NCBI GenBank assembly: GCA_963773065.1
Contig: CAVYZN010000032.1
Coordinates: 288,001 to 352,000, forward strand
From: an uncultured Gammaproteobacteria bacterium
GTDB lineage: Bacteria > Pseudomonadota > Gammaproteobacteria > UBA9214
Reading direction: 5' to 3'
DNA length: 64,000 bases
Part shown: piece by piece, positions 38,643-49,497 of the stretch
How the letters are laid out: each line of letters opens with the position of its first letter
How positions within the stretch are numbered: the stretch's first letter is position 1
Made by a program: the position numbers and the translations under genes
Notes under the pieces: generated by a model
What the model saw: only the letters and a program-made list of their open reading frames with translations
Told to the model about the DNA's origin: nothing
The model's database searches: none

Positions 38643-39213
38643 ATGGTCAGTCTGCAAACACCGGTTTGTGAGTTCGGCAAAGCGGCGATCGATTTCTCGC
38701 TGCCCGGCACCGATGGCAGGGTCTGGACACCGGCCGATTGCCGTGGGCCCAAGGGGCTGCTGGTGATGTTCATCTGCAACCACTGCCCCTATGTCAAGGC
38801 CGTGCGCGCACGCCTGTTGCGCGATGCCCGTGAACTGCGGGAACTGGGGGTCGGCAGTGTGGCAATCATGTCCAACGATCCCGCGCAATACGCGGAGGAC
38901 AGTTTCGAGAACATGCGGCGCGATCGCGCGCGAATTTGCCTTTCCGTTTCCTTATCTATTCGATGAATCACAGGCGGTGGCCAGGGCCTATGGCGCGGTC
39001 TGTACGCCGGATTTCTTCGGCTATAACAGCCGGCTGGAACTGCAATACCGGGGCCGCCTGGACGCAAGCGGCAAGGAAACGGCGCCCGCGGACGCGCGCC
39101 GGGAGCTGTTTGAGGCCATGCGCCTGGTGGCTGAAACCGGGCAGGGTCCCAGTGAGCAGATACCGGGTATCGGCTGCTCGATCAAGTGGCGCGAAGCAAC
39201 GCTCCAAGGCTGA
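38643..39213 (+). CDS. Thioredoxin-fold AhpC/TSA-like protein (frameshifted near 38920)
   Basis: FICNHCPYV in the first frame; FPYLFDESQ, AVCTPDFF, YRGRLD and IGCSIKW in the second. Confidence 0.85.
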
Positions 39214-39392
39214 GAGCCTGTGAAAATATCGCCAGCCTGCTGCGGACGCCGCTTTGCGGCTGTGGCGGCGTTGCGCCACGCGAAAACTTCGGTGAGTTTG
39301 GCGCGCCAAATGACCGAAGTTTTCGCGCAGCGCGCCTTGCCTCGCACGCAAATCAACGCCCTCGCGACGGCCGTCGATATTTTCACAGGCTC
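39214..39392. mobile_element. 179-bp MITE with IS5/IS1031-like ends and a TGA target duplication
   Basis: Perfect 18-bp terminal inverted repeats GAGCCTGTGAAAATATCG / CGATATTTTCACAGGCTC, flanked by TGA at 39211-39213 and 39393-39395, with an internal palindrome. Confidence 0.85.
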
Positions 39393-39742
39393 TGAGTCAA
39401 TCTCGGCATAAGTTATTGTCAGGGGATGACAAGTCCTGGCATCAGCCTGCCCCGGCAGGATCATCTCCGCTATTGCCGTAGGGGGCAAACTAGGGGAAAA
39501 TGACGCGCTTTGTCGATCCGGGATGTATACCTGGTTGGCGGCGGGATCGGCGCTCCCGGGATAACCCAGCGAATTTCGTGGTGGTCAACTGCTCCGGTGC
39601 CATGAATGGCGCCAGAGCTTTTTTTTCCACTCCATCCGTGATCATGGCGGCTCCGGTCGCGGGTGTAGGCAACACTTTTTCACCGTCGCCACGGCGGGTC
39701 GTGGCGCGTAAATACAGCTTTCAATCTGGACAGGAGGATTTC

Positions 39743-41734
39743 ATGGCCCAGCGCAGAGAACTCGCCAATGCCATCCGGGCGCTCAGTATGGACGCCGTGC
39801 AGAAGGCCAAATCCGGCCATCCCGGCGCGCCGATGGGCATGGCGGACATCGCCGAAGTCTTGTGGAACGACTATCTCAAGCACAACCCGGCCAACCCGAA
39901 GTGGTACGACCGCGACCGTTTCATACTCTCCAACGGCCACGGTTCCATGCTGATCTATTCGTTGCTGCACCTGACCGGCTATGACATGAACATCGAGGAC
40001 CTCAAGCAGTTCCGCCAACTGCATTCCAGGACGCCGGGTCATCCCGAATACGGTTACGCCCCCGGCGTGGAAACCACCACCGGGCCGCTCGGCCAGGGTA
40101 TCACCAACGCCGTCGGCATGGCCGTGGCGGAGAAGACCCTGGCGGCACAGTTCAACCGTGACGGCCACAAGATCGTCGATCACTACACCTATGTCTTCCT
40201 CGGCGACGGCTGCCTGATGGAAGGCATCTCCCACGAGGCCTGCTCGCTCGCCGGCACCATGAAACTCGGCAAACTGATCGCCTTCTGGGATAACAACGGC
40301 ATCTCGATCGACGGCCACGTGGAAGGCTGGTTCACCGACGACACCCCAAAGCGCTTCGAGGCGTACCACTGGCACGTGGTGCGCGATGTGGACGGGCACG
40401 ACCCCGAATCGATCCGCAGGGCCATCGAGGAAGCGCGCTCGGTCACGGACAAGCCCAGCCTGATCTGCTGCAAGACCGTGATCGGCTACGGCGCGCCGAA
40501 CCTGGCCGGCACGCACGATTGCCATGGCGCCCCGCTGGGGGATGACGAGATCGCCGCCACCCGCGACAACATCGGCTGGCCGCATCCCCCCTTCGTGGTG
40601 CCGGATGAGATCTATGCGGGGTGGAATGCCCGGAATAAGGGCGCCAAAGCCGAGCAGGAGTGGAATACGCGTTTTGCCGCCTACAAGAAGGCCCATTCCG
40701 AGCAGGCGGCCGAATTCGAACGTCGCATGGCGGGCAAGCTGCCGGCGAACTGGGACGACAAGGCGGCGGAGTTCATCGCCGCCGTCGATAAAAAGGCCGA
40801 AAACATCGCCTCGCGCAAGGCCTCGCAGAATGCCTTGAACGGCTATGGCCCCTTGCTGCCGGAACTGCTGGGCGGTTCGGCCGACCTGGCCGGTTCCAAC
40901 CTGACCATCTGGTCCGGGTCGCAGGATATCAACAAGGGCAACGGCGGCAATTACATCTACTACGGCGTGCGTGAGTTCGGCATGTCCGCCATCACCAACG
41001 GCATCGCCCTGCACGGCGGCTTCATTCCCTACGGCGCCACCTTCCTGATGTTTTCCGAGTATGCCCGCAACGCCCTGCGCATGGCGGCGCTCATGAAGGC
41101 GCACAGCCTCTTCGTCTATACCCATGACTCCATCGGCCTGGGCGAAGACGGCCCGACGCACCAGGCGGTCGAACAGACCGCGACCCTGCGACTGATTCCG
41201 CGCATGTCGGTGTGGCGGCCCTGTGACGCGGTGGAATCGGCCGTCGCCTGGAAGGCGGCCATCGACCGCACGGGCGGCCCGAGCTGCCTGATCTTCTCGC
41301 GCCAGAACTTAAAACACATGAGCCGCACGGCAAACCAGATCGCCGCCATCCGCCGCGGCGGCTACGTGCTGTTCGACTGCAAGGGAACCCCGGAGGCCAT
41401 CATCATCGGCACCGGTTCGGAGGTCGGCCTGGCGATGGAAGCCGCCAGGGCGCTCACTGAGAAGGGGCGCAAGGTTCGCGTGATCTCCATGCCGTCAACC
41501 GATGCGTTCGATGCCCAGGATGCGGCCTACCGGGAGTCCGTCCTGCCGGCGGCCGTGACGGCGCGGGTTGCCGTGGAGGCCGGGGTTACCGATTACTGGC
41601 GCAAGTATGTGGGGCTGAACGGGAAGGTTATCGGCATCGACAGCTTCGGTGAGTCCGCGCCGGCTGATCACGTCTACAAGCACTTCGGCATTACCACGGA
41701 GAACGTCATCAAGGCGGTCGAGGCCGTGCTGTAA
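39743..41734 (+). CDS. tkt: Transketolase
   Basis: Motifs [28 protein letters not shown] and [15 protein letters not shown]; AGGAGG RBS. Confidence 0.98.
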   Translation: MAQRRELANAIRALSMDAVQKAKSGHPGAPMGMADIAEVLWNDYLKHNPANPKWYDRDRFILSNGHGSMLIYSLLHLTGYDMNIEDLKQFRQLHSRTPGHPEYGYAPGVETTTGPLGQGITNAVGMAVAEKTLAAQFNRDGHKIVDHYTYVFLGDGCLMEGISHEACSLAGTMKLGKLIAFWDNNGISIDGHVEGWFTDDTPKRFEAYHWHVVRDVDGHDPESIRRAIEEARSVTDKPSLICCKTVIGYGAPNLAGTHDCHGAPLGDDEIAATRDNIGWPHPPFVVPDEIYAGWNARNKGAKAEQEWNTRFAAYKKAHSEQAAEFERRMAGKLPANWDDKAAEFIAAVDKKAENIASRKASQNALNGYGPLLPELLGGSADLAGSNLTIWSGSQDINKGNGGNYIYYGVREFGMSAITNGIALHGGFIPYGATFLMFSEYARNALRMAALMKAHSLFVYTHDSIGLGEDGPTHQAVEQTATLRLIPRMSVWRPCDAVESAVAWKAAIDRTGGPSCLIFSRQNLKHMSRTANQIAAIRRGGYVLFDCKGTPEAIIIGTGSEVGLAMEAARALTEKGRKVRVISMPSTDAFDAQDAAYRESVLPAAVTARVAVEAGVTDYWRKYVGLNGKVIGIDSFGESAPADHVYKHFGITTENVIKAVEAVL

Positions 41735-41807
41735 GGCGCGGTGGTAGCCGCGACAGACAACAGTTTTTTCGATTACCCGTCAAGCATAATGTTAAGGAGA
41801 AAACCCA

Positions 41808-42809
41808 ATGGCGATTAAAGTTGCGATTAACGGTTATGGTCGTATCGGACGCAATATCCTGCGCGCCATGTACGAGGCAAGCCGCAAGGATATCCAGATT
41901 GTAGCCGTCAACGACCTCGGCGATGCCAAGACCAACGCCCACCTGACCCAGTACGATACCGCCCACGGCAGGTTCCCGGGCAAGGTGTCCGTGGACGGCG
42001 ACTACATGGTCGTGAACGGCGACAAGATCAAAGTGCTGGCCGAACGCGATCCGGCCAAGCTGCCCTGGGGCGAGCTGGGTGTGGAGGTGGTGCACGAGTG
42101 CACCGGTTTCTTCACCAGCAAGGAGAAGGCTTCCGCCCATCTGAAGGGCGGCGCCAAGAAGGTCATCATTTCCGCGCCGGGCGGCAAGGACGTGGATGCC
42201 ACCGTCGTCTATGGCGTGAACGAGGGCGTGCTGAAGTCATCCCATACGGTCATCTCCAATGCCTCCTGCACCACCAACTGCCTGGCCCCGATGGTCAAGC
42301 CGCTGCACGAGAAGATCGGTGTGGTGAAGGGGCTGATGACCACCATACACGCCTATACCAACGACCAGGTGCTGACCGATGTTTACCACACGGACCTGCG
42401 CCGCGCCCGTTCCGCCACCATGTCGATGATTCCGACCAAGACCGGCGCCGCCGCGGCGGTGGGTCTGGTGCTGCCGGAACTGAACGGCAAGCTCGATGGT
42501 TTCGCCATCCGCGTGCCGACCATCAACGTTTCCCTCGTGGACCTGGTGTTTGAAGCCGCGCGCGAGACCAGCGTGGACGAGATCAACGCCATCATGAAGG
42601 CCGCCGCCGATGGCAGGATCCTGGGCTACAGCGATGGTCCGCTGGTTTCGGTCGACTTCAATCACACCAGCACCTCCTCCAACTTCGACGCCACGCTGAC
42701 CCGCGTCTCCAACGGCACCCTGGTCAAGGTGTGCAGTTGGTACGACAACGAGTGGGGTTTTTCGAACCGGATGCTCGACACCACCGTCGCGTTGATGAAG
42801 GCCAAGTAA
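41808..42809 (+). CDS. gap: Type I glyceraldehyde-3-phosphate dehydrogenase
   Basis: Motifs [18 protein letters not shown] and WYDNEWG. Confidence 0.98.
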   Translation: MAIKVAINGYGRIGRNILRAMYEASRKDIQIVAVNDLGDAKTNAHLTQYDTAHGRFPGKVSVDGDYMVVNGDKIKVLAERDPAKLPWGELGVEVVHECTGFFTSKEKASAHLKGGAKKVIISAPGGKDVDATVVYGVNEGVLKSSHTVISNASCTTNCLAPMVKPLHEKIGVVKGLMTTIHAYTNDQVLTDVYHTDLRRARSATMSMIPTKTGAAAAVGLVLPELNGKLDGFAIRVPTINVSLVDLVFEAARETSVDEINAIMKAAADGRILGYSDGPLVSVDFNHTSTSSNFDATLTRVSNGTLVKVCSWYDNEWGFSNRMLDTTVALMKAK

Positions 42810-42867
42810 GCAATGCCGTGACCGCCCGGCTTATGGCCGGGCGGCAGCGGCAAGCCCTATGAAATTC

Positions 42868-42956
42868 ACCGCAAGGACGCCGAGGGCGCCAAGGGTCTTA
42901 AGAGGATTCCTGGTGTTGCTGAAAAGCTCGACGGCGTGATCTTCGCGTCTTGCGGT
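42868..42956. repeat. REP-like inverted repeat (ACCGCAAG family) in the gap-pgk spacer
   Basis: ACCGCAAGGACGCCGAGGGCGCCAAG pairs with GGCGTGATCTTCGCGTCTTGCGGT. A GC hairpin lies just upstream at 42822-42844. Confidence 0.65.
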
Positions 42957-42992
42957 GCCTATTTTTCCAGAGGATTCAGTAAGGAGCCCCCC

Positions 42993-44171
42993 ATGTCCAT
43001 AATCAAGATGACTGATCTCGATCTCGCCGGCAAGAGAGTGCTGATCCGCCAGGACCTGAATGTGCCGATCAAGGACGGCAAGGTCACCAGCGACGCGCGC
43101 ATACTCGCCAGTGTCCCCACCATCGAGCGCGCCATGAAGGCGGGCGCCAGGGTCATGGTGATGTCGCATCTGGGCCGGCCGAAAGAAGGGGAATATGACG
43201 AGCAGTTTTCCCTGCTGCCGGTCGGCGAACATCTTGCGGCATTGCTCGGCAGGAATGTGGAGATCGTCAAGGACTGGATCAACGGGGTGGGCCGCATGAA
43301 CGACGGCGATGTCGTGCTGTGCGAGAACGTGCGCTTCAACAAGGGCGAGAAGTCCAATGACGAAGCGCTGTCGAAAAAGATGGCGGCCCTGTGCGACATC
43401 TACGTCATGGATGCGTTCGGCACCGCGCACCGCGCCCAGGCATCGACCCACGGCGTGGCCAGATTCGCCCCCATCGCCTGCGCCGGTCCGCTGCTGGCCG
43501 CGGAGCTGGAGGCCCTCGGCAAGGCGCTGGACAACCCGGCGCGGCCCCTGGCGGCGATCGTGGGCGGCTCGAAGGTGTCCACCAAGCTGACCGTGCTCGA
43601 TTCCCTCTCCAGGGTGGTCGACCAGTTGGTTCCCGGCGGCGGCATCGCCAACACCTTCATCGCGGCCAGCGGCTACAATGTCGGCAAGTCGCTGTATGAG
43701 GCGGACCTGATTCCCGAGGCCAGGCGCCTCATGGAGGCGGCCAAAGCCAAGGGCGGCGCCATACCGGTACCCACCGACGTGGTGGTCGGGAAGGAATTCT
43801 CGGAAGCCGCCGCGGCGGTGGTGAAGAGGGTCGATGCCGTGGCGGACGACGACATGATCTTCGACATCGGCCCGGAAACGGCGGCCCGCTATGCGGCGAT
43901 GATGAAGAACGCCGGCACCATCGTCTGGAACGGGCCGGTCGGGGTGTTCGAATTCGACCAGTTTGGCGCGGGGACCCGGACGCTCGGAGAGGCCATCGCC
44001 GCCTCAACCGCCTTCTCCATCGCCGGCGGCGGCGACACGCTGGCCGCCGTCGACAAGTACGGCCTTTCCGACAAAATCTCCTACATTTCCACCGGCGGCG
44101 GCGCCTTCCTTGAGTTCCTGGAGGGCAAGAAGCTGCCGGCGGTGGCCATGCTTGAAGAACGCGCCAGGTAA
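42993..44171 (+). CDS. pgk: Phosphoglycerate kinase
   Basis: Motifs [28 protein letters not shown] and STGGGAFLE. Confidence 0.98.
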   Translation: MSIIKMTDLDLAGKRVLIRQDLNVPIKDGKVTSDARILASVPTIERAMKAGARVMVMSHLGRPKEGEYDEQFSLLPVGEHLAALLGRNVEIVKDWINGVGRMNDGDVVLCENVRFNKGEKSNDEALSKKMAALCDIYVMDAFGTAHRAQASTHGVARFAPIACAGPLLAAELEALGKALDNPARPLAAIVGGSKVSTKLTVLDSLSRVVDQLVPGGGIANTFIAASGYNVGKSLYEADLIPEARRLMEAAKAKGGAIPVPTDVVVGKEFSEAAAAVVKRVDAVADDDMIFDIGPETAARYAAMMKNAGTIVWNGPVGVFEFDQFGAGTRTLGEAIAASTAFSIAGGGDTLAAVDKYGLSDKISYISTGGGAFLEFLEGKKLPAVAMLEERAR

Positions 44172-44187
44172 CAACCCTCGGCTTTTT

Positions 44188-44280
44188 ATGCCAAGGCGCA
44201 CGAAAGTCGTTGCCACCCTGGGTCCGGCGACGGATTGAAAGGGTGTGCTGGATGACATGATCCAGGCCGGCATGGACGTA
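44188..44280 (+). pseudogene. pyk: Pyruvate kinase 5' remnant
   Basis: Reads MPRRTKVVATLGPATD*KGVLDDMIQAGMDV, the PK N-terminus with an in-frame TGA, truncated at the usual pgk-pyk-fba position. Confidence 0.85.
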
Positions 44281-44423
44281 GAGGCGCTGATTAGTCTGTC
44301 ATTCCGGCCGGGCTTCCCCCGATGCGGGGAGCAAGTGCCGGAATCCGGATACCTATTTTCATTGGCAGTCCGGATTTCCGCTTGCGCGGGAATGACGATG
44401 TGTGGATTAATCAGGCTTGCCTC
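44281..44423. mobile_element. MITE/REP-like element carrying GTCATTCC...GGAATGAC palindromes
   Basis: Imperfect ends GAGGCGCTGATTAGTC / GATTAATCAGGCTTGCCTC enclose GTCATTCCGGC...GCCGGAATCC and GGATTTCCGCTTGCGCGGGAATGAC. Confidence 0.7.
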
Positions 44424-44503
44424 GACATAGTTGGCTGAAACAGCCTGTAAATACTCCAGCCACACCTGGTTGGTGTTTAACCGTAAGTCAAGAGGAGAGA
44501 ACC

Positions 44504-45568
44504 ATGGCCCTGATATCATTACGACAGTTGCTGGATCACGCCGCCGAGCATGGCTACGGCGTGCCGGCCTACAACGTTAACAACATGGAACAGATGCAAG
44601 CCATCATGATGGCGGCGGATGAAACCGACAGCCCGGTGATCGTGCAGGCTTCCGCCGGCGCGCGTTCCTACGCCGGCGCCCCATTCCTGCGCCACCTGAT
44701 CCTGGCGGCGATCGAACAATGGCCGCATATACCGGTTGTCATGCACCAGGACCACGGCGCCTCCCCGGCCGTGTGCCAGCGCTCCATCCAACTGGGTTTC
44801 AGCTCGGTGATGATGGACGGCTCCCTCGGGGAAGACATGAAGACCCCGATGAGCTACGAGTACAACGCCGAGGTCACGCGGCGCGCCGTGGACATGGCGC
44901 ACGCCTGCGGCGTGTCCGTCGAAGGCGAGCTGGGCTGCCTGGGGTCGCTGGAGAGCGGCATGGCCGGTGAAGAGGACGGCTCGGGCGCGGAAGGCAAACT
45001 CTCGCATGACCAGTTGCTGACCGATCCGGAAGAGGCCGCCAGGTTCGTCAAGGACACCAAGGTGGACGCCCTGGCGATTGCCATCGGCACCAGCCACGGC
45101 GCCTACAAATTCAGCCGTCCGCCAACCGGCGACATCCTGGCCATCAACCGCATCAAGGAGATCCATTCCCGCATCCCGGATACCCACCTGGTGATGCACG
45201 GCTCCTCCTCGGTGCCACAGAACTGGCTGAAGATCATCAACGATAACGGCGGCGACATGGGCGAAACCTACGGCGTGCCGGTCAAGGAGATCCAGGAAGG
45301 CATCAAGCACGGCGTGCGCAAGGTGAATATCGACACCGATCTGCGCATGGCCTCAACCGGCGCGATCCGCAAGTACCTGCATGACAAACCGTCCGATTTC
45401 GATCCGCGCAAATATCTTAAGGCGGCCACCGTGGCCATGAAGGGCATCTGCAAGGAGCGCTACGAGGCATTCGGCACGGCCGGCAACGCATCCAAAATCA
45501 AGGCCATCAATCTTGAGGATATGTTCAAGCGTTATACCAGCGGTGAGCTTGATCCGCGCGTGAACTGA
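44504..45568 (+). CDS. fba: Class II fructose-bisphosphate aldolase (Calvin-cycle/CbbA subtype)
   Basis: Motifs [33 protein letters not shown] and KVNIDTD. Confidence 0.97.
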   Translation: MALISLRQLLDHAAEHGYGVPAYNVNNMEQMQAIMMAADETDSPVIVQASAGARSYAGAPFLRHLILAAIEQWPHIPVVMHQDHGASPAVCQRSIQLGFSSVMMDGSLGEDMKTPMSYEYNAEVTRRAVDMAHACGVSVEGELGCLGSLESGMAGEEDGSGAEGKLSHDQLLTDPEEAARFVKDTKVDALAIAIGTSHGAYKFSRPPTGDILAINRIKEIHSRIPDTHLVMHGSSSVPQNWLKIINDNGGDMGETYGVPVKEIQEGIKHGVRKVNIDTDLRMASTGAIRKYLHDKPSDFDPRKYLKAATVAMKGICKERYEAFGTAGNASKIKAINLEDMFKRYTSGELDPRVN

Positions 45569-45586
45569 TTGCCGATAGCACCAGTC

Positions 45587-45618
45587 GCAAAAAAGGCGGC
45601 ATTGACCGCCTTTTTTGC
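45587..45618 (+). terminator. Rho-independent terminator after fba
   Basis: GCAAAAAAGGCGG-CATTGA-CCGCCTTTTTTGC. Confidence 0.85.
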
Positions 45619-45665
45619 CTACAGGGCAACGCACGTACACTCTCCAGGAACCAAGCCCCCGGGCG

Positions 45666-46307
45666 ATGAAGCGCGCCATTTTGCTCCCGATTACCGGTTT
45701 GCTGCTGCTTGCCGGCCTCTTCGCGCTGATGCTGGCCGCGAATCTGTATACCTTTTACCGCCTGAGCGACGAGTCCCCGATTGCCGAATTGAAGTTCGTC
45801 ATGACGGGTGATAAGCAGTATGAGGCGATCATCTCCTACGGCGATTTCTGCAACCCGGAGCGTTATCCGCTGTACGGTGATCAGTGGCGCCTTGATGCCT
45901 TGTTTCTGAAGTGGCGTGCCTGGGCAAACCTGCTGGGGTTTGATTCCCTATACCGCATCGAACGGCTCGGCGGCCGTTACCGCAATATCGGCAGCGAAAA
46001 TTCAGAACCGCGACACGCGCATGCGCTGCACCCGCAAGGCGGCATCGATCTGGTGGCGCTGCTGGCAAACTATCGCGGCCAGTTCTCGCCCATCGATACC
46101 CTGTACGGAAGTTCGGTGTATGAGGACATGAACCCGGATTATGTTTATCGGGTTTATCGCAGCCAGTCCGGACTGCTGGTGAGAAAAACCCCTCAATATG
46201 GCGCGACCGTCGCCGGCGATGTGACCACGATCGAGATCAACAAGTCCTGCGCTGGATCGCCGGGCCTGTTGAGACGGGCAGGCCGTTACCTGGACGGGCT
46301 CCTGTGA
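45666..46307 (+). CDS. Conserved membrane-anchored hypothetical protein
   Basis: N-terminal TM helix and a conserved-looking core (GDQWRLDA.FLKW...LLGFDSLYRIERLGGRY...DTLYGSSVY). Confidence 0.7.
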   Translation: MKRAILLPITGLLLLAGLFALMLAANLYTFYRLSDESPIAELKFVMTGDKQYEAIISYGDFCNPERYPLYGDQWRLDALFLKWRAWANLLGFDSLYRIERLGGRYRNIGSENSEPRHAHALHPQGGIDLVALLANYRGQFSPIDTLYGSSVYEDMNPDYVYRVYRSQSGLLVRKTPQYGATVAGDVTTIEINKSCAGSPGLLRRAGRYLDGLL

Positions 46308-46557
46308 AGTAGCGGGGGTTGATTCCGGTCCGGCGCCGGACTTTACGAGCCCGCCGTGGCTTTGTGACCGCGGGATGCCGTGACGGAAATACCCGCCGTT
46401 CTGATTTCTGGGCCTGCAGCGAACACCGGGCTGATTGTCTATGTCGCGCAACCGGTAGCCTTAGTATTTTGTTTAAGAAACAGTAAGATATGATGCCACA
46501 TCGCGGCCGTAAGAGGGTGTCGCCTCGCCACTTCACCGTTTCGCCCGAGACTCTGTC

Positions 46558-46584
46558 TCAACAATCATGCCCGTAGACCGATAG
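46558..46584 (+). promoter_or_regulatory. Putative sigma28 promoter of the GGDEF-EAL gene
   Basis: TCAA-N15-ACCGATAG, about 100 bp upstream of the start. Confidence 0.4.
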
Positions 46585-46681
46585 TACATTGAGAAATAAT
46601 AATTTGTTTTCGTGAAGCAGGGGCATGATGTGTACGAATCTCCTGTCCTTGCCCCGGCTGCACAATGGGAATGGCATAAGC

Positions 46682-49486
46682 ATGACGGCTGAGAATATCC
46701 AGGCAGACGCACTGGTTATATCCACGTTACCGGAAAATGTCCTGACATCGGAAACAAGTTCCGGGGCGGATATTCCGGCTGAACAAATTGAACTGGTTTA
46801 TATCCAGGCGCCGGTTGCCCTGGTGACGGGACTGGCTGTCGCCGCACTCATCAGTCTCGGACTCTGGGGCATTGCGGAACATGGCCAGCTGCTGCTGTGG
46901 TTTTGCCTGCAACTGCTGCAGACCACGGTAAGGTTTTTCCTGGTGATTTACTACCGGCGTTCGGGGAGTATGCTCCGGAAGAATCCGCGCTGGAACTATT
47001 TATATGTGGCGGGCGCCCTGTTCTCCGGGGTTGTCTGGGGTTGTCTCGGCCTGCTGATCGACTTCTCGTGGCCGGTCGAATACCCGATACTGGTGATCAT
47101 GGGGCTGGCCGGCATACTCGCCGGCGCAATCTCATCCTATGCCGTAGTACTGCCGGTCTATATCGCCTTCCTGGTGCCGGCAATACTCATCCCCACACAG
47201 GTCATGCTGGCGCAGGCCGGCCAGTCGTCGAATGAAATGGGGCTGCTGCTGATGGTATTTGCCGGCGCCCTGCTGGTCATCGCACGCAACTACAACAGCA
47301 GCGTCACCAGGACCCTGCATCTGCGCTTTGAAAACAACGAACTGGTGTCACGGTTGACGATGACCAATGCTTCGCTTGAGAAGCAGATCAAGGAACGCCA
47401 GCAGGCGGAAATGCAACTGGTGCGCGACCGGGAGCTGTTCACCAAGGGTCCGGTTACGGTATTCCGCTGGCGGGTCGATGCAGGCTGGCCGATCGAATAT
47501 GCCTCGAAGACGGTTTCGCAGTTCGGCTACGAAGCGGACGATCTGGTGCGCCGGCAGCTCTCCTACGCCTCCCTGATTCATCCGAATGACCTCGATCGCG
47601 TCAGGCAGGCCGAGTTCAGCACCAGTGACAACCGCTACACCTTCCTTGGCATCGATTACCGCATCATCAGGGCCGACGGCCAGGTCAGATGGGTGTATGA
47701 CTATTCGATACCGGTCAGGGACGAAGGCGGCCGCATCACCCATTTCGCAGGCTACCTCCTTGATATCACCGACCGCAAACAGGCGGAATTCGAACTGCAG
47801 CAGGAGAAAGAACGCGCCCAGATAACGCTGCATTCAATCGGGGATGCCGTTATCACTACCGATGTGAACGGACAGATTGAATATCTCAATCCGGTCGCCG
47901 AGAAACTGACCGGATGGGAAAGCGGTATTGCACGCGGCCTGCCGTTGAGCCGCATTTTCGGCCTTTTCGATGATGCCAGCAGGGAAGGCATCGAGAAACC
48001 GGTGATGCAATCACTGCAGACGGGCGTTACGCTGAGGTCCAGTCGCGACTGCGTGTTGCACCGCCACGATGGCAGAAGCATTTCCATTCAATACTCGATA
48101 TCGCCGCTCATGAGCCGTGGCGGCGAGGCGCTGGGTGTCGTGCTGGTGTTCCATGATGTGACCGAGAATCGCAGCATGGCGAGACAGCTTACCTACCAGG
48201 CCACGCATGACGCCCTTACCGGTCTTATCAACCGGCACGAATTCGAGGCGCGCTTGCAATCCGCGCTGGTCTCGGCCAGGAATGAGAACGAGCGCCATGC
48301 CCTATGTTATCTCGACATGGACCAGTTCAAGATCGTCAATGACACCTGCAGCCATGCGGCGGGTGACAAGCTGCTCAAGGACGTGGCCGGCATCCTGCAG
48401 GATTGCCTGCGTGAATCGGATGTCCTCGCCAAGGTCGGTGGGGACGAATTCAGCATTCTCCTGAAGAACTGCATGCTGGAGGACGCCATGGAAATCACGG
48501 AAAACATGCTGGCCAAGATTAGGACTATCAACAACGACGCCTGGGAGCTGAAGTTCGGGGTCAGCGCCAGCATCGGGATTGCGGTGCTCGACCGCGGTTC
48601 GGAAAGCATCACGGAGGTCATGAGGCAGGCGGACATTGCCTGCTACGCGGCCAAGGATCACGGGCGCAATCGCATCCATATCTACCAGACGGGTGACCAG
48701 GAGCTTGCCCGGCGACACAGCGAAATGAAATGGGTTTCCAGGCTGACGGAGGCCATCAGGGAGGATCGCCTGGTTCTTTATTGCCAGGACATCGTGCCGG
48801 TGAATCCGGACTCCTCCGGCGGACGGTACCATTTTGAAGTGCTGGTCCGAATGAAGGATGAAGCCGGTGAGCTGGTGATGCCGGACAGGTTCTTACCGGC
48901 GGCGGAACGTTACAATCTGGTCGCGGCGCTTGATCGCTGGGTTATTGCCCACAGTTTTGCGTGGTATATCGCCAGCGGGGAAAGCCGGATCATGGCGATC
49001 AACCTCTCCGGCGGCTCCCTGACCGATGATGCCTTTCTGGGTTTTGTCATGGACAATCTCGCCAGGTATGCCGTTCCGCCGGCGTCAGTTTGCTTTGAAA
49101 TCACCGAAACGGCGGCGATAGCCAACCTGGACTACGCGATCCGGTTTATCAATGAACTCAAGCAGCTCGGTTGCCGGTTTGCGCTGGATGACTTCGGCAG
49201 CGGTCTTAGTTCGTTCAGCTACCTCAAGAACCTGCCGGTGGACTACCTGAAAATCGACGGGAGTTTTATCAGGGATATGGACACCGATCCGGTGAATGCC
49301 GCATTGGTTAACGCCATCTGCCAACTGGGTAAAGTCATGGGTATCGAAATCATCGCCGAGTTCGTGGAGAACGATGCGATTCTGAAGATGCTGGCCGGGA
49401 TTGGTGTCGATTACGCGCAGGGTTACGGTATCGCCAGGCCCAGGCCGCTGGACGCCAGGGAATTTGAGGGGCTGAAGAGCGCCTGA
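46682..49486 (+). CDS. Membrane-bound PAS-PAS-GGDEF-EAL diguanylate cyclase/phosphodiesterase
   Basis: Multi-TM N-terminus, two PAS/PAC domains (IHPND, DITDRK, HDVTE), an intact GGDEF, and EVL, DDFGSG and EFVE motifs. Confidence 0.93.
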   Translation: MTAENIQADALVISTLPENVLTSETSSGADIPAEQIELVYIQAPVALVTGLAVAALISLGLWGIAEHGQLLLWFCLQLLQTTVRFFLVIYYRRSGSMLRKNPRWNYLYVAGALFSGVVWGCLGLLIDFSWPVEYPILVIMGLAGILAGAISSYAVVLPVYIAFLVPAILIPTQVMLAQAGQSSNEMGLLLMVFAGALLVIARNYNSSVTRTLHLRFENNELVSRLTMTNASLEKQIKERQQAEMQLVRDRELFTKGPVTVFRWRVDAGWPIEYASKTVSQFGYEADDLVRRQLSYASLIHPNDLDRVRQAEFSTSDNRYTFLGIDYRIIRADGQVRWVYDYSIPVRDEGGRITHFAGYLLDITDRKQAEFELQQEKERAQITLHSIGDAVITTDVNGQIEYLNPVAEKLTGWESGIARGLPLSRIFGLFDDASREGIEKPVMQSLQTGVTLRSSRDCVLHRHDGRSISIQYSISPLMSRGGEALGVVLVFHDVTENRSMARQLTYQATHDALTGLINRHEFEARLQSALVSARNENERHALCYLDMDQFKIVNDTCSHAAGDKLLKDVAGILQDCLRESDVLAKVGGDEFSILLKNCMLEDAMEITENMLAKIRTINNDAWELKFGVSASIGIAVLDRGSESITEVMRQADIACYAAKDHGRNRIHIYQTGDQELARRHSEMKWVSRLTEAIREDRLVLYCQDIVPVNPDSSGGRYHFEVLVRMKDEAGELVMPDRFLPAAERYNLVAALDRWVIAHSFAWYIASGESRIMAINLSGGSLTDDAFLGFVMDNLARYAVPPASVCFEITETAAIANLDYAIRFINELKQLGCRFALDDFGSGLSSFSYLKNLPVDYLKIDGSFIRDMDTDPVNAALVNAICQLGKVMGIEIIAEFVENDAILKMLAGIGVDYAQGYGIARPRPLDAREFEGLKSA

Positions 49487-49497
49487 TGCCGGTAGAT

